This document shows positions 51,206-61,210 of a stretch of DNA of 64,000 bases, in pieces. Below the pieces are notes generated by a model. The model was not told the origin of the DNA. It did not search any database and was given only the letters and a program-made list of their open reading frames with translations. The DNA is from Candidatus Aminicenantes bacterium UBA6072 (GTDB lineage Bacteria > Acidobacteriota > Aminicenantia > UBA2199). The stretch spans positions 26,015 to 90,014 of the forward strand of contig DIXU01000017.1 of the NCBI GenBank assembly GCA_002436105.1. The letters are read 5' to 3'. The position numbers were made by a program, and so were the translations under genes. Within the stretch, counting starts at the first letter, position 1; every line of letters begins with the position of its first letter.

Positions 51206-52228
51206 GTGCGCGCCATGTTCCAGACCGGGATTCATATCGCCCTGCAATCGCTCCAATCCGACCTGCTGACCTGGCTGATGCTCCAGGTGACGGCCAGCGG
51301 CTATTACTTTTTCGTCATCGCCACGGTCATCGCCGTCATGTTCGGGTTCAGCCTGCGCAAGGGCTTCCTGCTGTTCCAGATCATTGCCTGGACGGCAGCG
51401 GTCAGCGAGATCGCCAAGCAGGTATTCGGCCTGCCGCGCCCCTTTTTCACCGACAGCCGAGTCGCCCTCCTCGATACGCACTGGGAACCGGTCGCCCCAC
51501 TCCATGACATGGGCGGCAGGACTTTCTTTGACCTGCCGCGGCAGGCCGCCATCGAAGCTTTCCGGCAGCAGCACCTGTCGTTCGGCTTTCCCTCGGGCCA
51601 CACGACGGGGGCCGTGGCCATGTGGGGCGGCCTGGCCCTCGTTTTCCGCAAGCGGGCGCTGGCCTGGCTCGCCCCGTTCATGGTGGCGCTGATCGCCTTC
51701 ACCCGCCTCTACCTGGGCGTCCATTTCCTGGCCGACATCCTCGGCGGCATCCTGCTGGGCGGGTTGATGCTCCTTTCCGCCTGGCGCCTGATCGGCAGCG
51801 AAGCCAGCCGGGAACGCTTTTTCGCGGCCGCGCTCTCCGGCCTGTGCCGCTCCCTGCCGACCTCCCTGTATGCGCTGTTCCTTTTCATCCTGCCGCTGCT
51901 GCTGGCGGCTTTCTCCCTGCTCAGCCCCGCCATCGCCGGCTTCTATATCGGCCTGAACGCAGCCTTCACCATTTTGTTGCGTTCCGGGCTTCCCGGGGAC
52001 GACGGCAGTTTCTGGATCCGCCTGGCCCGCGTCCTGCTCAGCGGCCTCCTGTTCTGGCTGCTCAGCCTGCTGCTGCGCCAAGGGGCATCCCTGCTTCCGG
52101 CCATCGCCACCTCGCCATGGCGGCGGTTCCTGGCGGCCGGCCTGGGCTCGTTCCTGACCCTCTGGGGCGGCTTGCGGCTGTTCCAGCGCCTGGGACTCTA
52201 CCGCCAGGCAGCGCCCCCCATTGCCTGA
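51206..52228 (+). CDS. PAP2-superfamily phosphatase with extra C-terminal TM domain
   Basis: PAP2 motifs KxxFGLPRPFF, PSGHT, and TRLYLGVHFLADILGG (SRxxxxxHxxxD-like). 340 aa. Confidence 0.7.
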   Translation: MRAMFQTGIHIALQSLQSDLLTWLMLQVTASGYYFFVIATVIAVMFGFSLRKGFLLFQIIAWTAAVSEIAKQVFGLPRPFFTDSRVALLDTHWEPVAPLHDMGGRTFFDLPRQAAIEAFRQQHLSFGFPSGHTTGAVAMWGGLALVFRKRALAWLAPFMVALIAFTRLYLGVHFLADILGGILLGGLMLLSAWRLIGSEASRERFFAAALSGLCRSLPTSLYALFLFILPLLLAAFSLLSPAIAGFYIGLNAAFTILLRSGLPGDDGSFWIRLARVLLSGLLFWLLSLLLRQGASLLPAIATSPWRRFLAAGLGSFLTLWGGLRLFQRLGLYRQAAPPIA

Positions 52229-52304
52229 CCGGTTGGCGACCGGTAACCCGTCCGCAGTCCGGTTGACTTTTGTCCGGGCTTTGCCTACCATGAGCCGGCC
52301 ATCC

Positions 52305-54062
52305 GCGATGAAAAAAACAGCGGCGTTCCTTGCTTGCCTCGCCGGCATGATGCTGGCCGCCCCATCCTCGGATGACATCGCGGCGTTGAGACAGAAGCTG
52401 ACCCGGGCTCCCGGATCGGAACGGAGGGCCGTCGCCGGGGAGCTGGCGGCGGCGCTCACCATCCGCGGCGAGGTCGAGCAGGACCGGCACGATCACAAGG
52501 CAGCGCGGCGCACCTTCAATGAAGCGCTGGATATCCTGGCCGAGCATGGCGCGGCGCCCTCCGCGCGCCTGCTGAAAGACAGCGGCTTGAGCGAACTCGT
52601 CCTGGGCGACCATGACCGGGCCCTGGAATTCCTTCTTCGCGCCGAGGCGGCGGCCGAAAAGAGCGGCGACAGCGAGAACGCCTCGGCCAGCGCCTACCTG
52701 ATCGGCTACGTACATCGCGACCTGGAGAACTACGACCTGGCGCTGAAATACTTCACCAGCGCCTACGAGTCGGGAAAGGCGCTCGGCAACCGCCGGCGCA
52801 TCATCATGGCGCTCAACGAGATCGGCAACGTGCACCTATTCAAGAAGAATTACGCCGCCGCCCTCCCTTACAAGGAAGACTCGCTGAAGCTGGCCCGCGA
52901 GCATGGAGAACCCGACCTGCTGGCCAACGGCCTGCACGACATGGGGGAATTCTACCGCATGCAGGGGCAGCCGGAAAAGGCCCTGTCCATGCTGCGCGAG
53001 GCGCTGGCCATCGACCGCCGCATCGGCCAGGTGCGGGGCACGATCATTTCGCTGTACACCATCGCCGACTGCCTGCAGCTAATGGGCCGCTATCCGGCGG
53101 CGCTGGCCGCACTGGAAGAGGCGTTGCCCCTGGCCGAAAAGGCGGGACAGAACCGCGATCTGTCCAATATCCTGCTGCTCAGCGCGCTGGTCCACGAAAA
53201 GCTGGGCGAATTCCCCCGGGCACTGGCCGATCATCGCCGCTACCACGAGTTGTGGGAGAACCTGTTCAACGAGGAGAAAACCCGGCAGACGGTGGAGATG
53301 CAGACCCGCTACGAGGTGGAGAAGAAGCAGCGCGAGAACGAGCTGTTGAGGCGGGAAAGACAGATCGCCGCGCTGGCCTCAGCCAAGCAGCGCAGCCAGC
53401 GCAACTTCCTGTTCTTCGTGGCGCTGCTGGTACTGCTGCTGGCCGCGGTGCTCTATTACAATTTTCGCGCCAAGGCCAGGGCCAACCGCTGGCTGGAGGA
53501 GGCCAACCGCCGCATCAGCGCCCAGCAGGGAAAGCTGGAGAAGGCCTATCGCCAGATGGAGGGCCTTGCCCGATGCGACCAGCTGACCGGGCTGCCCAAC
53601 CGCCGCGCCGGCATGGAGGAAATCGTACGCGAGGAAAAGCGCTTCCAGCGCTCGCAAAAGCCATTCACCCTGGTCATGGCCGACCTGGACGGATTCAAGG
53701 AGGTCAACGACAGCCTGGGCCACGACGCCGGGGACTTCGTGCTCAAGGCCGCCGCCGCGCTGTTCTCCGGCTCCCTGCGCGCCCAGGACATGGTGGCGCG
53801 CTGGGGAGGCGACGAGTTCCTCTTCCTGCTGCCCGAAACCGACGCCGAGGGGGCGCGGGTGATCTGCGACGCCATCCGCCAGAAGGTCGCCCGCCACGAT
53901 TTTCGCTTCGACGGGCAGGCCCTGAAGGCGGCGGTAAGCCTGGGGGCGGCCACCTTCCGCCCGGGCGCGACCGTCGAGGAGTGCCTGCGCGAGGCCGACC
54001 AGGCGATGTATCGCAGCCGGGACAAGGCGGCGTCCCTGCCAGCGGACGCCCCGGAAAGCTAG
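52305..54062 (+). CDS. TPR-sensor diguanylate cyclase (signal peptide - TPR - TM - GGDEF)
   Basis: MKKTAAFLACLAGMMLAAPS signal peptide. TPR repeats. TM (NFLFFVALLVLLLAAVLYY). GGDEF domain with RxGGDEF context (ARWGGDEFLFLL). ORF-track start 52221 overlaps the PAP2 gene. Confidence 0.8.
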   Translation, partial: AMKKTAAFLACLAGMMLAAPSSDDIAALRQKLTRAPGSERRAVAGELAAALTIRGEVEQDRHDHKAARRTFNEALDILAEHGAAPSARLLKDSGLSELVLGDHDRALEFLLRAEAAAEKSGDSENASASAYLIGYVHRDLENYDLALKYFTSAYESGKALGNRRRIIMALNEIGNVHLFKKNYAAALPYKEDSLKLAREHGEPDLLANGLHDMGEFYRMQGQPEKALSMLREALAIDRRIGQVRGTIISLYTIADCLQLMGRYPAALAALEEALPLAEKAGQNRDLSNILLLSALVHEKLGEFPRALADHRRYHELWENLFNEEKTRQTVEMQTRYEVEKKQRENELLRRERQIAALASAKQRSQRNFLFFVALLVLLLAAVLYYNFRAKARANRWLEEANRRISAQQGKLEKAYRQMEGLARCDQLTGLPNRRAGMEEIVREEKRFQRSQKPFTLVMADLDGFKEVNDSLGHDAGDFVLKAAAALFSGSLRAQDMVARWGGDEFLFLLPETDAEGARVICDAIRQKVARHDFRFDGQALKAAVSLGAATFRPGATVEECLREADQAMYRSRDKAASLPADAPES

Positions 54063-54063
54063 C

Positions 54064-55158
54064 ATGGCCGTCTTCCCGGAAGTCCCCGGCTACGAGCTGA
54101 AGAAATTCCTGGGCAGCGGCGGCGCCGCCGACGTCTTCCTGGCCGTCGACCGGCGCCACGCGCGCCTGGTGGCGGTGAAGGTCCTGGCGCGGCGGCGCTT
54201 CGCCGAGACGATGGCCGTTCGGCGCTTCATCAAGGAGGCGCGCACCATTTCCAGCCTGCATCACCCCAACATCGTGCGCGTCTACGAGACCGGCCGCACC
54301 CCGGAGCTGCGCTTCATGGCCATGGAGTTCTTCCCCGAGAGCCTCAAGCGCCGCATCCAGGAGCGCGGCCGCCTCGTCCCCGACGAGGCGCTGACCATCG
54401 CCAACCAGGTGGCCGCGGCCCTGTTCTACGCCCACCGCAAGGGCTTCATCCACCGCGACGTCAAGCCCGACAACATCATGTTCCGCCCCGACGGCACGCC
54501 GGTGATCCTCGACTTCGGCATCGCCCGCGTGCTGGAATCGACCACCCAGCTGACGCGCTCGGGCATGAGCATGGGCACGCCGCGCTACATGAGCCCGGAG
54601 CAGCTCAACGCCAAGCGCGCCGACGGCCGCAGCGACGTCTACAGCCTGGGGGTGGTCCTTTACGAGATGCTGAGCGGCGCGCCCCCCTTCAAGGGCAGCC
54701 AGACCATGGCCGTCATCATGAAGCACGTCACCGAGCCGGTCCCCCGCCTGGCGGATGAACTCGCCGCTTACCAGCCGCTGCTTGACCGCATGCTCGCCAA
54801 GGAGAGGAACAAGCGCCCGGGGACGGAAAGGGAGTGGCAGGAACTGGTCAAGCCGCTGTTCAGGCCCTTCAAGCTGCCCAGGGCCGGCAAGCCGGAGTTC
54901 GGTGCCCTGCCGAAAACGGGCGACCGCGACAAGACGCGCCAGAGCGGCGCCGCCGCCGAGTCGGCCTCCCGCCGCACGCCCAGGCCCCAGCCGCGGCGCC
55001 GGAAAAAGAACCCGCGCCGCCTTTTTCTCCTGAACCTGCTGCTGGTCCTGGCCTTCGCCGCCTGGATCTTCTTCAACTACGAGAACATCCCGGGAATGCT
55101 GGCGTCATTGGCCCGCGCCGTTGGGTCTTGGATCTCGTCCTTGATCGCCAGGATCTGA
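54064..55158 (+). CDS. Hanks-type Ser/Thr protein kinase with C-terminal TM anchor
   Basis: HRDVKPDN catalytic loop, DFG, SPE motif. Pro/Arg-rich linker and TM LFLLNLLLVLAFAAWIFF. Confidence 0.85.
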   Translation: MAVFPEVPGYELKKFLGSGGAADVFLAVDRRHARLVAVKVLARRRFAETMAVRRFIKEARTISSLHHPNIVRVYETGRTPELRFMAMEFFPESLKRRIQERGRLVPDEALTIANQVAAALFYAHRKGFIHRDVKPDNIMFRPDGTPVILDFGIARVLESTTQLTRSGMSMGTPRYMSPEQLNAKRADGRSDVYSLGVVLYEMLSGAPPFKGSQTMAVIMKHVTEPVPRLADELAAYQPLLDRMLAKERNKRPGTEREWQELVKPLFRPFKLPRAGKPEFGALPKTGDRDKTRQSGAAAESASRRTPRPQPRRRKKNPRRLFLLNLLLVLAFAAWIFFNYENIPGMLASLARAVGSWISSLIARI

Positions 55159-55250
55159 TCGGATCTAAGTGACAAGTGACTAGTGACAAGTGACAAGTGA
55201 CAAGGAACATCAATCGAACGAGCGATTACCGTTTTTCGCCTCGTTACTCG
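55159..55250. repeat. repeat island G: AAGTGAC heptamer arrays forming a hairpin between convergent genes
   Basis: taAGTGACaAGTGACtAGTGACaAGTGACaAGTGACaag … cgttactcgttacttGTCACtcGTCACtg. Inverted arms with ~40-nt spacer, between the kinase stop and the mutM stop. Confidence 0.8.
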
Positions 55251-56075
55251 TTACTTGTCACTCGTCACTGATCTCATCTTCTGACAGTCAGGGCAATAAT
55301 GGCTGGAACGGCCATTGATGCGGATCTTATCGATGGCTGTGCCGCAGGCCGGGCAGGGTTCGCCGGCGCGGCCGTAGACGTTGAGATGCTCCCGGTTTTC
55401 GCCGCTCTCATCGGCTACGGTGCGGTAGTTGCGGAGGGTGGTTCCCCGACGGCGGATGGCCTGGCGCAGGACCTGGGGAATGACCGACGCCAATCGCCGT
55501 TGCTGCCCATCGCTCAGGGAGGCGGCGGGAGTCAAAGGATGCGTGCCGGCCAGGAACAATGCCTCGTCAGCGTAGATGTTGCCGATGCCGGCCAGGATGG
55601 TCTGATCGAGCAATGCGCTCTTGACGGGCCTCTTTGTTTTCAGATGCTTCAGAACCCGGCGCACGGTCTCCGCACGCAGCGGCTCGGGGCCCAGCCCAGG
55701 GCAGGACTCGCCGCGGCAGGGCCACAGGTGCAGTCGGCCGAACTTGCGGGCATCGACGAAATAAAGCTTCGTGCCGTCGGTGAAGGTGAATTGCAGGCGC
55801 AAATGCCTGCGGTCGGCCGCGCCGAGCTCCATCACCAGCTTGCCGGTCATGCGCAGGTGGACGGTGAAAAAAGTGCCGTCCGCGCCCTCGACGCCGATGT
55901 ACTTGCCGCGCCGGGCCACGGCAGCCACGGCCATGCCCCTGACGCGGTGGCGGAATTCCTTTGGCACGCCTTCGACCGAGCGCGGCCAGAACAGGCGCAG
56001 GGCGGAGATGGTTTTCCCTTCGATCTGCGGGCGCAGCTGGCGGACGATGGTTTCCACTTCGGGCAGCTCGGGCAT
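55251..56075 (-). CDS. mutM: formamidopyrimidine-DNA glycosylase
   Basis: MPELPEVETI N-terminus, H2TH region, C-terminal CxxC…CxxC zinc finger. Confidence 0.85.
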   Translation of the reverse strand: MPELPEVETIVRQLRPQIEGKTISALRLFWPRSVEGVPKEFRHRVRGMAVAAVARRGKYIGVEGADGTFFTVHLRMTGKLVMELGAADRRHLRLQFTFTDGTKLYFVDARKFGRLHLWPCRGESCPGLGPEPLRAETVRRVLKHLKTKRPVKSALLDQTILAGIGNIYADEALFLAGTHPLTPAASLSDGQQRRLASVIPQVLRQAIRRRGTTLRNYRTVADESGENREHLNVYGRAGEPCPACGTAIDKIRINGRSSHYCPDCQKMRSVTSDK

Positions 56076-56153
56076 CGGCGGCCAGTATAGTTCGATGGGT
56101 CATTCCTGTCAATTTTCCGCCTGCCGCGGGCTGAACGATCGGAAAATCCCTTA

Positions 56154-56182
56154 TTGAACCCATGCCGCTTATCTGCTAGAAT
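56154..56182 (+). promoter_or_regulatory. sigma70-like promoter TTGAAC-17-TAGAAT immediately upstream of guaA (near-leaderless)
   Basis: -35 at 56154-56159, -10 at 56177-56182. The ATG at 56193 is only ~4 nt past the expected TSS. Confidence 0.45.
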
Positions 56183-56192
56183 CGGGCCATCC

Positions 56193-57725
56193 ATGGGAAA
56201 CAAAATCCTGATCCTCGACTTCGGCTCGCAATACACACAGCTCATCGCCCGGCGCGTCAGGGAACTGGGCGTTTTCTCCGAGATCCAGCCCTTTCACTAC
56301 GACCTGAAGAAGATCCTCGCCGAGCCGCCGGCGGGCGTCATCCTCTCGGGCGGCCCGGCCAGCACCCTGGCGCCGGGGGCGCCGCGCGTGGACAAAAAGC
56401 TGTTCGCGGCCGGCATCCCCATCCTGGGCATCTGCTACGGCATGCAGCTGCTCACGCGCATGCTGGGCGGGCGCGTCGCGCGCTCGGCGCAGCGCGAGTA
56501 CGGCAACGCCCAGTTGCTCCTGGCGGGCGCCTCGCCGCTGTTCGCCGGCGTGCGCGACCGCAGCACCGTGTGGATGAGCCACGGCGACTCGGTGGCCGCC
56601 CTGGCGCCGGGCTACGCCGTGACCGCCCGCTCCGCCGACGGCGCCATCGCCGCCGTCGAGGACCGGCGCAACCGCATCTTCGCCGTGCAGTTCCATCCCG
56701 AGGTCGTTCACAGCCGGGAGGGGAAAAAGATCCTGGCCAATTTCCTCTTCGCCGTCTGCCGGGCTCCCCGCGCCTGGAGCATGAAGAACTTCGTCGAGGA
56801 GGAGACCGCCAAGCTGCGCGCGCAATGCCTGGGCAAGCGCGTGGTGCTGGGGGTGAGCGGCGGCGTCGACTCCACCACCCTGGCCGTGCTGGCGCGCGAG
56901 GCGCTGGGCGCGAAGGTCACGTCGATCTTCGTCAACAACGGCCTGCTGCGCCTGGACGAGGAGCGCGAGGTGCTGGACAACCTGCGCCGGCGCCTGAAGC
57001 TGAAGGTCGCCTACGTCGACGCCTCGCGCCGCTTCCTGGCCGGGCTCAAGGGCATCGCCGCGCCCGAGCGCAAGCGCAAGGTGATCGGCCGCACCTTCAT
57101 CGACGTTTTCTACGGCGGGCTGAAGGACTTCGACTTCCTGATCCAGGGGACGCTCTACCCCGACGTCATCGAGAGCAACCCCGTGCAGGGGCCGTCGCAG
57201 ACCATCAAGACCCACCACAACCGCGTGCGCGAGGTGCAGAAGCTGGAGCGCCAGGGGCGCATCATCGAGCCTTTCCGCTTCCTGTTCAAGGACGAGGTGC
57301 GCCAGGTGGCGCGGCTGCTCGGCATCCCGGCCGACATCCTGGACCGCCACCCCTTTCCCGGCCCCGGCCTGGCCGTGCGCGTGCTGGGCGCCGTCACTCC
57401 GGCCAAGCTGGCCGTGCTCAAGCAGGCCGACGCCATCTTCATCGAGGAGCTGCGGCGCAGCGGCTGGTACGACAAGGTCTGGCAGGCCTTCGCCGTGCTG
57501 CTGCCGGTGCGCTCGGTCGGCGTCATGGGCGATGAGCGCGCCTACGGCAACGTCGTGGCCCTGCGCGCCGTCACCGCCACCGACGGCATGACCGCCGACT
57601 GGGCGGCGCTGCCCGCCGAGGTGCTGGACGCCGCCTCGCGGCGCATCGTGCGCCGCATCCGCGCCGTCAACCGCGTCGTTTACGACGTCACCTCCAAGCC
57701 GCCCGCGACCATCGAATGGGAATGA
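56193..57725 (+). CDS. guaA: GMP synthase (glutamine-hydrolysing)
   Basis: MGNKILILDFGSQYTQLIARRVRELGV, GATase Cys-His motifs, PP-loop SGGVDS, C-terminal …PPATIEWE. Confidence 0.9.
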   Translation: MGNKILILDFGSQYTQLIARRVRELGVFSEIQPFHYDLKKILAEPPAGVILSGGPASTLAPGAPRVDKKLFAAGIPILGICYGMQLLTRMLGGRVARSAQREYGNAQLLLAGASPLFAGVRDRSTVWMSHGDSVAALAPGYAVTARSADGAIAAVEDRRNRIFAVQFHPEVVHSREGKKILANFLFAVCRAPRAWSMKNFVEEETAKLRAQCLGKRVVLGVSGGVDSTTLAVLAREALGAKVTSIFVNNGLLRLDEEREVLDNLRRRLKLKVAYVDASRRFLAGLKGIAAPERKRKVIGRTFIDVFYGGLKDFDFLIQGTLYPDVIESNPVQGPSQTIKTHHNRVREVQKLERQGRIIEPFRFLFKDEVRQVARLLGIPADILDRHPFPGPGLAVRVLGAVTPAKLAVLKQADAIFIEELRRSGWYDKVWQAFAVLLPVRSVGVMGDERAYGNVVALRAVTATDGMTADWAALPAEVLDAASRRIVRRIRAVNRVVYDVTSKPPATIEWE

Positions 57726-60700
57726 AGAGCTTCATCCACCTGCACCTGCACTCGGAGTACAGCCTGCTCGACTCCTCGCTGAAGATCGACGACCTGCTCC
57801 GCCAGGCCCGCGCCTTCCAGATGCCGGCCGTGGCCCTGACCGACCACGGCTCGATCCTGGGCGCGGTCAACTTCTACAAGAAGGCCCTGCAGAGCGAGGT
57901 CAAGCCCATCATCGGCTCCGAGCTCTACCTGGCTCCAGGCTCGCGCTTCGACCGTCCCAACCGCCGCGAGGACGAGCAGAACTACTTTCACCTGCTGGTG
58001 CTGGTGCGCAACGACCAGGGCTACCGCAACCTCTGCGAGCTGATCACCGCCTCCTACCTGGAGGGATTCTACCGCAAGCCGCGCATCGACAAGGAGCTGC
58101 TGGAGAAATACAAGGACGGCCTGCTGGTCATGTCGGCCTGCATCCAGGGCGAGCTGCCCCACTACCTGCTGCGCGGCCAGGCGGACAAGGCCAGGGCGGC
58201 GGCGCGCTGGTACCGCGAGACCTTCAAGGACAACTTCTTCATCGAGCTGCAGGACCACGGCCTGGCCGAGCAGCGGCAGGCGCTGCCGCTGCTGCTGGAC
58301 CTGGCCGCGGAGATGGACATCCCGCTGGCGGCGAGCAACGACGTCCACTACCTGACGCGCGAGGACGCCGACGCCCGCGAGATCCTCATCTGCCTGCAGA
58401 CCACCGACGTCATTAGCAATCCCGACCGGGCGATGAAAAAAGAGACCGACCAGATGTACTTCAAGTCCAGCGAGGAGATGGCCGAGCTGTTCGCCGCCCG
58501 GGCGCCGCAGGCGCTGGCCAACACCTTCGAGATCGCCTCGCGCTGCAACTTCGAGTTCAAGCTCAAGAAGTACTTCCTGCCCGAGTTCAAGACCCCCGGC
58601 AAACTGAGCGTCGACGATTTCTTCGAGAAACTGTGCCTGGAGGGCTTCGAGCGCATCCAGCACCAGTACCTGGCCAAGGCCAAGCACCTGAAGCACAGCC
58701 GCAAGGAGTACCAGGAGCGACTGCTCTACGAGATCGAGAAGATCCGCGACATGGGCTTTCCCAGCTACTTCCTCATCGTCTGGGACATCATCCGCCACGC
58801 CAGGGAAGCCGGCATTCCGGTGGGCCCCGGCCGCGGCTCGGTGGTGGGCAGCCTGGTGGCCTTCGTCATGGGCATCACCCACATCGACCCGCTGGAATAC
58901 GACCTGATTTTCGAGCGCTTCCTCAACCCCGAGCGCGTCTCCCTGCCCGACATCGACATCGACTTCGACGCCGAGCGCCGCGAGGAGATCATCGCCTACA
59001 TCCGCGCCAAGTACGGCGAGGACAACGTGGCGCAGATCGTCACCTTCAACCGCATGAAGGCCAAGCTGGCCATCCGCGACATCGGCCGCGTCATGGAGGT
59101 CAAGCTGGCCGACGTCAACCGCCTGGCCAAGCTGGTGCCCGAAGGCCCCAAGGTGGAGCTGCAGGACGCCATCGACAAGATCCCCGACCTGCAGCGCGAG
59201 ATCCAGCACAGCCCCGAGTTCATCAAGCTGGTCAACTACGCCCTGCGCCTGGAGAACAACATCCGCAACACCGGCAAGCACGCCGCCGGCGTGGTCATCG
59301 CGCCGCGCAAGCTGACCGAGTTCATGCCGCTGTACAAGACGCGCGAGGACATCACCACCCACTTCGAGAAGGAGGAAGTGGAGAACATCGGCCTGCTCAA
59401 GATGGACATCCTGGGCCTGAAGACGCTGACCATCATCCGCAACATCATCCAGGAGGTGCGCGAGCGCGAGGGCAAGGTCATCGACCTGGAGAACCTCAAC
59501 CTGCTCGACGCCAGGACCTTCAAGATCTTCCAGAAGGGGGAGACCGACGGCATCTTCCAGTTCGAAAGCTCGGGCATGCGCGATTACCTCAAGAAGTCCA
59601 AGCCGACCCGGATCGAGGACCTGATCGTGCTCAACGCCCTCTACCGCCCGGGCCCGCTGCAGTCGGGCATGGCCGATGTCTACGTCAACCGCAAGCTGGG
59701 CAGGGAAAAAGTGACCTACATCTTCCCCGAGCTGGAGGAGATCCTCAAGGACACCTGGGGCATCATCGTCTTCCAGGAGCAGGTCATGCAGATCTCGGTG
59801 CGCATCGCCGGCTTCTCCATGAGCGAGGCCGACGAGATGCGCAAGATCATGGGCAAGAAGGACGTCGCCAAGGTGCCGGCGCTGGAAAAGAAATTCCTGG
59901 AACGGGCGGCCAGGAAAGGCTACGACAAGAAGAAGGTCGAGGAACTCTTCGGCCAGATGAAGACGTTCGCCGAGTACGGCTTCAACAAGTCGCACTCCAC
60001 CGCCTACGCCTACCTGGCCTACCAGACCGCCTTCCTGAAGGCGCACTACCCCGTTTATTTCATGTCGGCGCACCTCAGTTCCGAGGCCGACAAGACCACC
60101 ACCTCCTCCAAGATCATCCAGTACATCTCCGAGAGCAAGAGGATGGGCATCGACATCCTGCCGCCGGACATCAACCGCAGCCGCGAGACCTTCCGCGTCG
60201 AGGGCGACTGCGCCATCCGCTTCGGCCTGATCGGGCTGAAGAACGTGGGCAGCGCCGCCCTAGGCATCATCCTGCAGGCGCGCGAACAGGGCGGCGAGTT
60301 CCGCGACTTCAACGATTTCGTCGAGCGCGTCGACCTGGCCAAGGTCAACAAGGGCGTGCTGGAAAGCCTGGTCAAGGCCGGGGCCTGCGACTGCTTCGGC
60401 CTCAAGCGCCGCGTCCTTTACGAAAGCGTCGGCGAGGTGCTGCGCCGCGCCGCCGCCCTCAGCCGCAGCCGCCAGAAAAACCAGCGGCCGCTGTTCTCCG
60501 AGGCGATCGCCGATGACTACATCCCCCGCGAGCTGCTGGCGCTGGAGGAATGGCCCGAGAGCGAGATGATCAAGGGCGAAAAGGAGATCGCCGGCATCTA
60601 CGTCAGCCACAATCCGCTGGAGAAATTCCGCAGCGAGATCCGCAAGGTGTCCAACACCAGCGTCCTGGCCGTCCAGACCCACGAGTTCAAGGGCGAGATG

Positions 60701-61207
60701 ATCAAGCTGGGCGGCGTGGTCACCGAGTTCGCCCGCCGCACCTCCAAGAAGGGCGACTCGTACGGCGAGATCTTCTTCGAGGACCTGACCGGGCGCATCA
60801 AGGTGCTGTGCTTCAAGGACCGCTGGCGCGAGCTGGAGAAGGTGCTGAAGGTCGACGTTCCCTACTTCATGGAGGGACGCAGCCGCTCGGGCGGCAGCGA
60901 CAACGACAGCGAGGAGACCGTCTACCTGGAGAACCTGCAGGAGCTGGAGGCCATGCTCAAGAAGAAGGCGCGCAAGATCGTCATCACCATCGGCTACGAG
61001 CAGATCGACGAGACCTTCAACGAACGGCTGCAGCAGAAGCTGGAAAAGAACCGCGATTCGGTTCCCTACATGGTCGTCGTCAACCACCCCGACGGCGCCC
61101 GCGTCGTGATCAACTCCGAGACCGGCCAGGGCCTGCGCGCCACGGCCGCCATGAAGAAGGATATCGAGAAGCTCACCGGCCCCGACTCCATCGAGATCAT
61201 GTTCTAG
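57716..61207 (+). CDS. dnaE: DNA polymerase III alpha subunit
   Basis: PHP domain HLHLHSEYSLLD. Pol III core, OB-fold C-terminus. An alternative ATG at 57722 overlaps the guaA stop as ATGA. Confidence 0.9.
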   Translation: MGMKSFIHLHLHSEYSLLDSSLKIDDLLRQARAFQMPAVALTDHGSILGAVNFYKKALQSEVKPIIGSELYLAPGSRFDRPNRREDEQNYFHLLVLVRNDQGYRNLCELITASYLEGFYRKPRIDKELLEKYKDGLLVMSACIQGELPHYLLRGQADKARAAARWYRETFKDNFFIELQDHGLAEQRQALPLLLDLAAEMDIPLAASNDVHYLTREDADAREILICLQTTDVISNPDRAMKKETDQMYFKSSEEMAELFAARAPQALANTFEIASRCNFEFKLKKYFLPEFKTPGKLSVDDFFEKLCLEGFERIQHQYLAKAKHLKHSRKEYQERLLYEIEKIRDMGFPSYFLIVWDIIRHAREAGIPVGPGRGSVVGSLVAFVMGITHIDPLEYDLIFERFLNPERVSLPDIDIDFDAERREEIIAYIRAKYGEDNVAQIVTFNRMKAKLAIRDIGRVMEVKLADVNRLAKLVPEGPKVELQDAIDKIPDLQREIQHSPEFIKLVNYALRLENNIRNTGKHAAGVVIAPRKLTEFMPLYKTREDITTHFEKEEVENIGLLKMDILGLKTLTIIRNIIQEVREREGKVIDLENLNLLDARTFKIFQKGETDGIFQFESSGMRDYLKKSKPTRIEDLIVLNALYRPGPLQSGMADVYVNRKLGREKVTYIFPELEEILKDTWGIIVFQEQVMQISVRIAGFSMSEADEMRKIMGKKDVAKVPALEKKFLERAARKGYDKKKVEELFGQMKTFAEYGFNKSHSTAYAYLAYQTAFLKAHYPVYFMSAHLSSEADKTTTSSKIIQYISESKRMGIDILPPDINRSRETFRVEGDCAIRFGLIGLKNVGSAALGIILQAREQGGEFRDFNDFVERVDLAKVNKGVLESLVKAGACDCFGLKRRVLYESVGEVLRRAAALSRSRQKNQRPLFSEAIADDYIPRELLALEEWPESEMIKGEKEIAGIYVSHNPLEKFRSEIRKVSNTSVLAVQTHEFKGEMIKLGGVVTEFARRTSKKGDSYGEIFFEDLTGRIKVLCFKDRWRELEKVLKVDVPYFMEGRSRSGGSDNDSEETVYLENLQELEAMLKKKARKIVITIGYEQIDETFNERLQQKLEKNRDSVPYMVVVNHPDGARVVINSETGQGLRATAAMKKDIEKLTGPDSIEIMF

Positions 61208-61210
61208 GCC

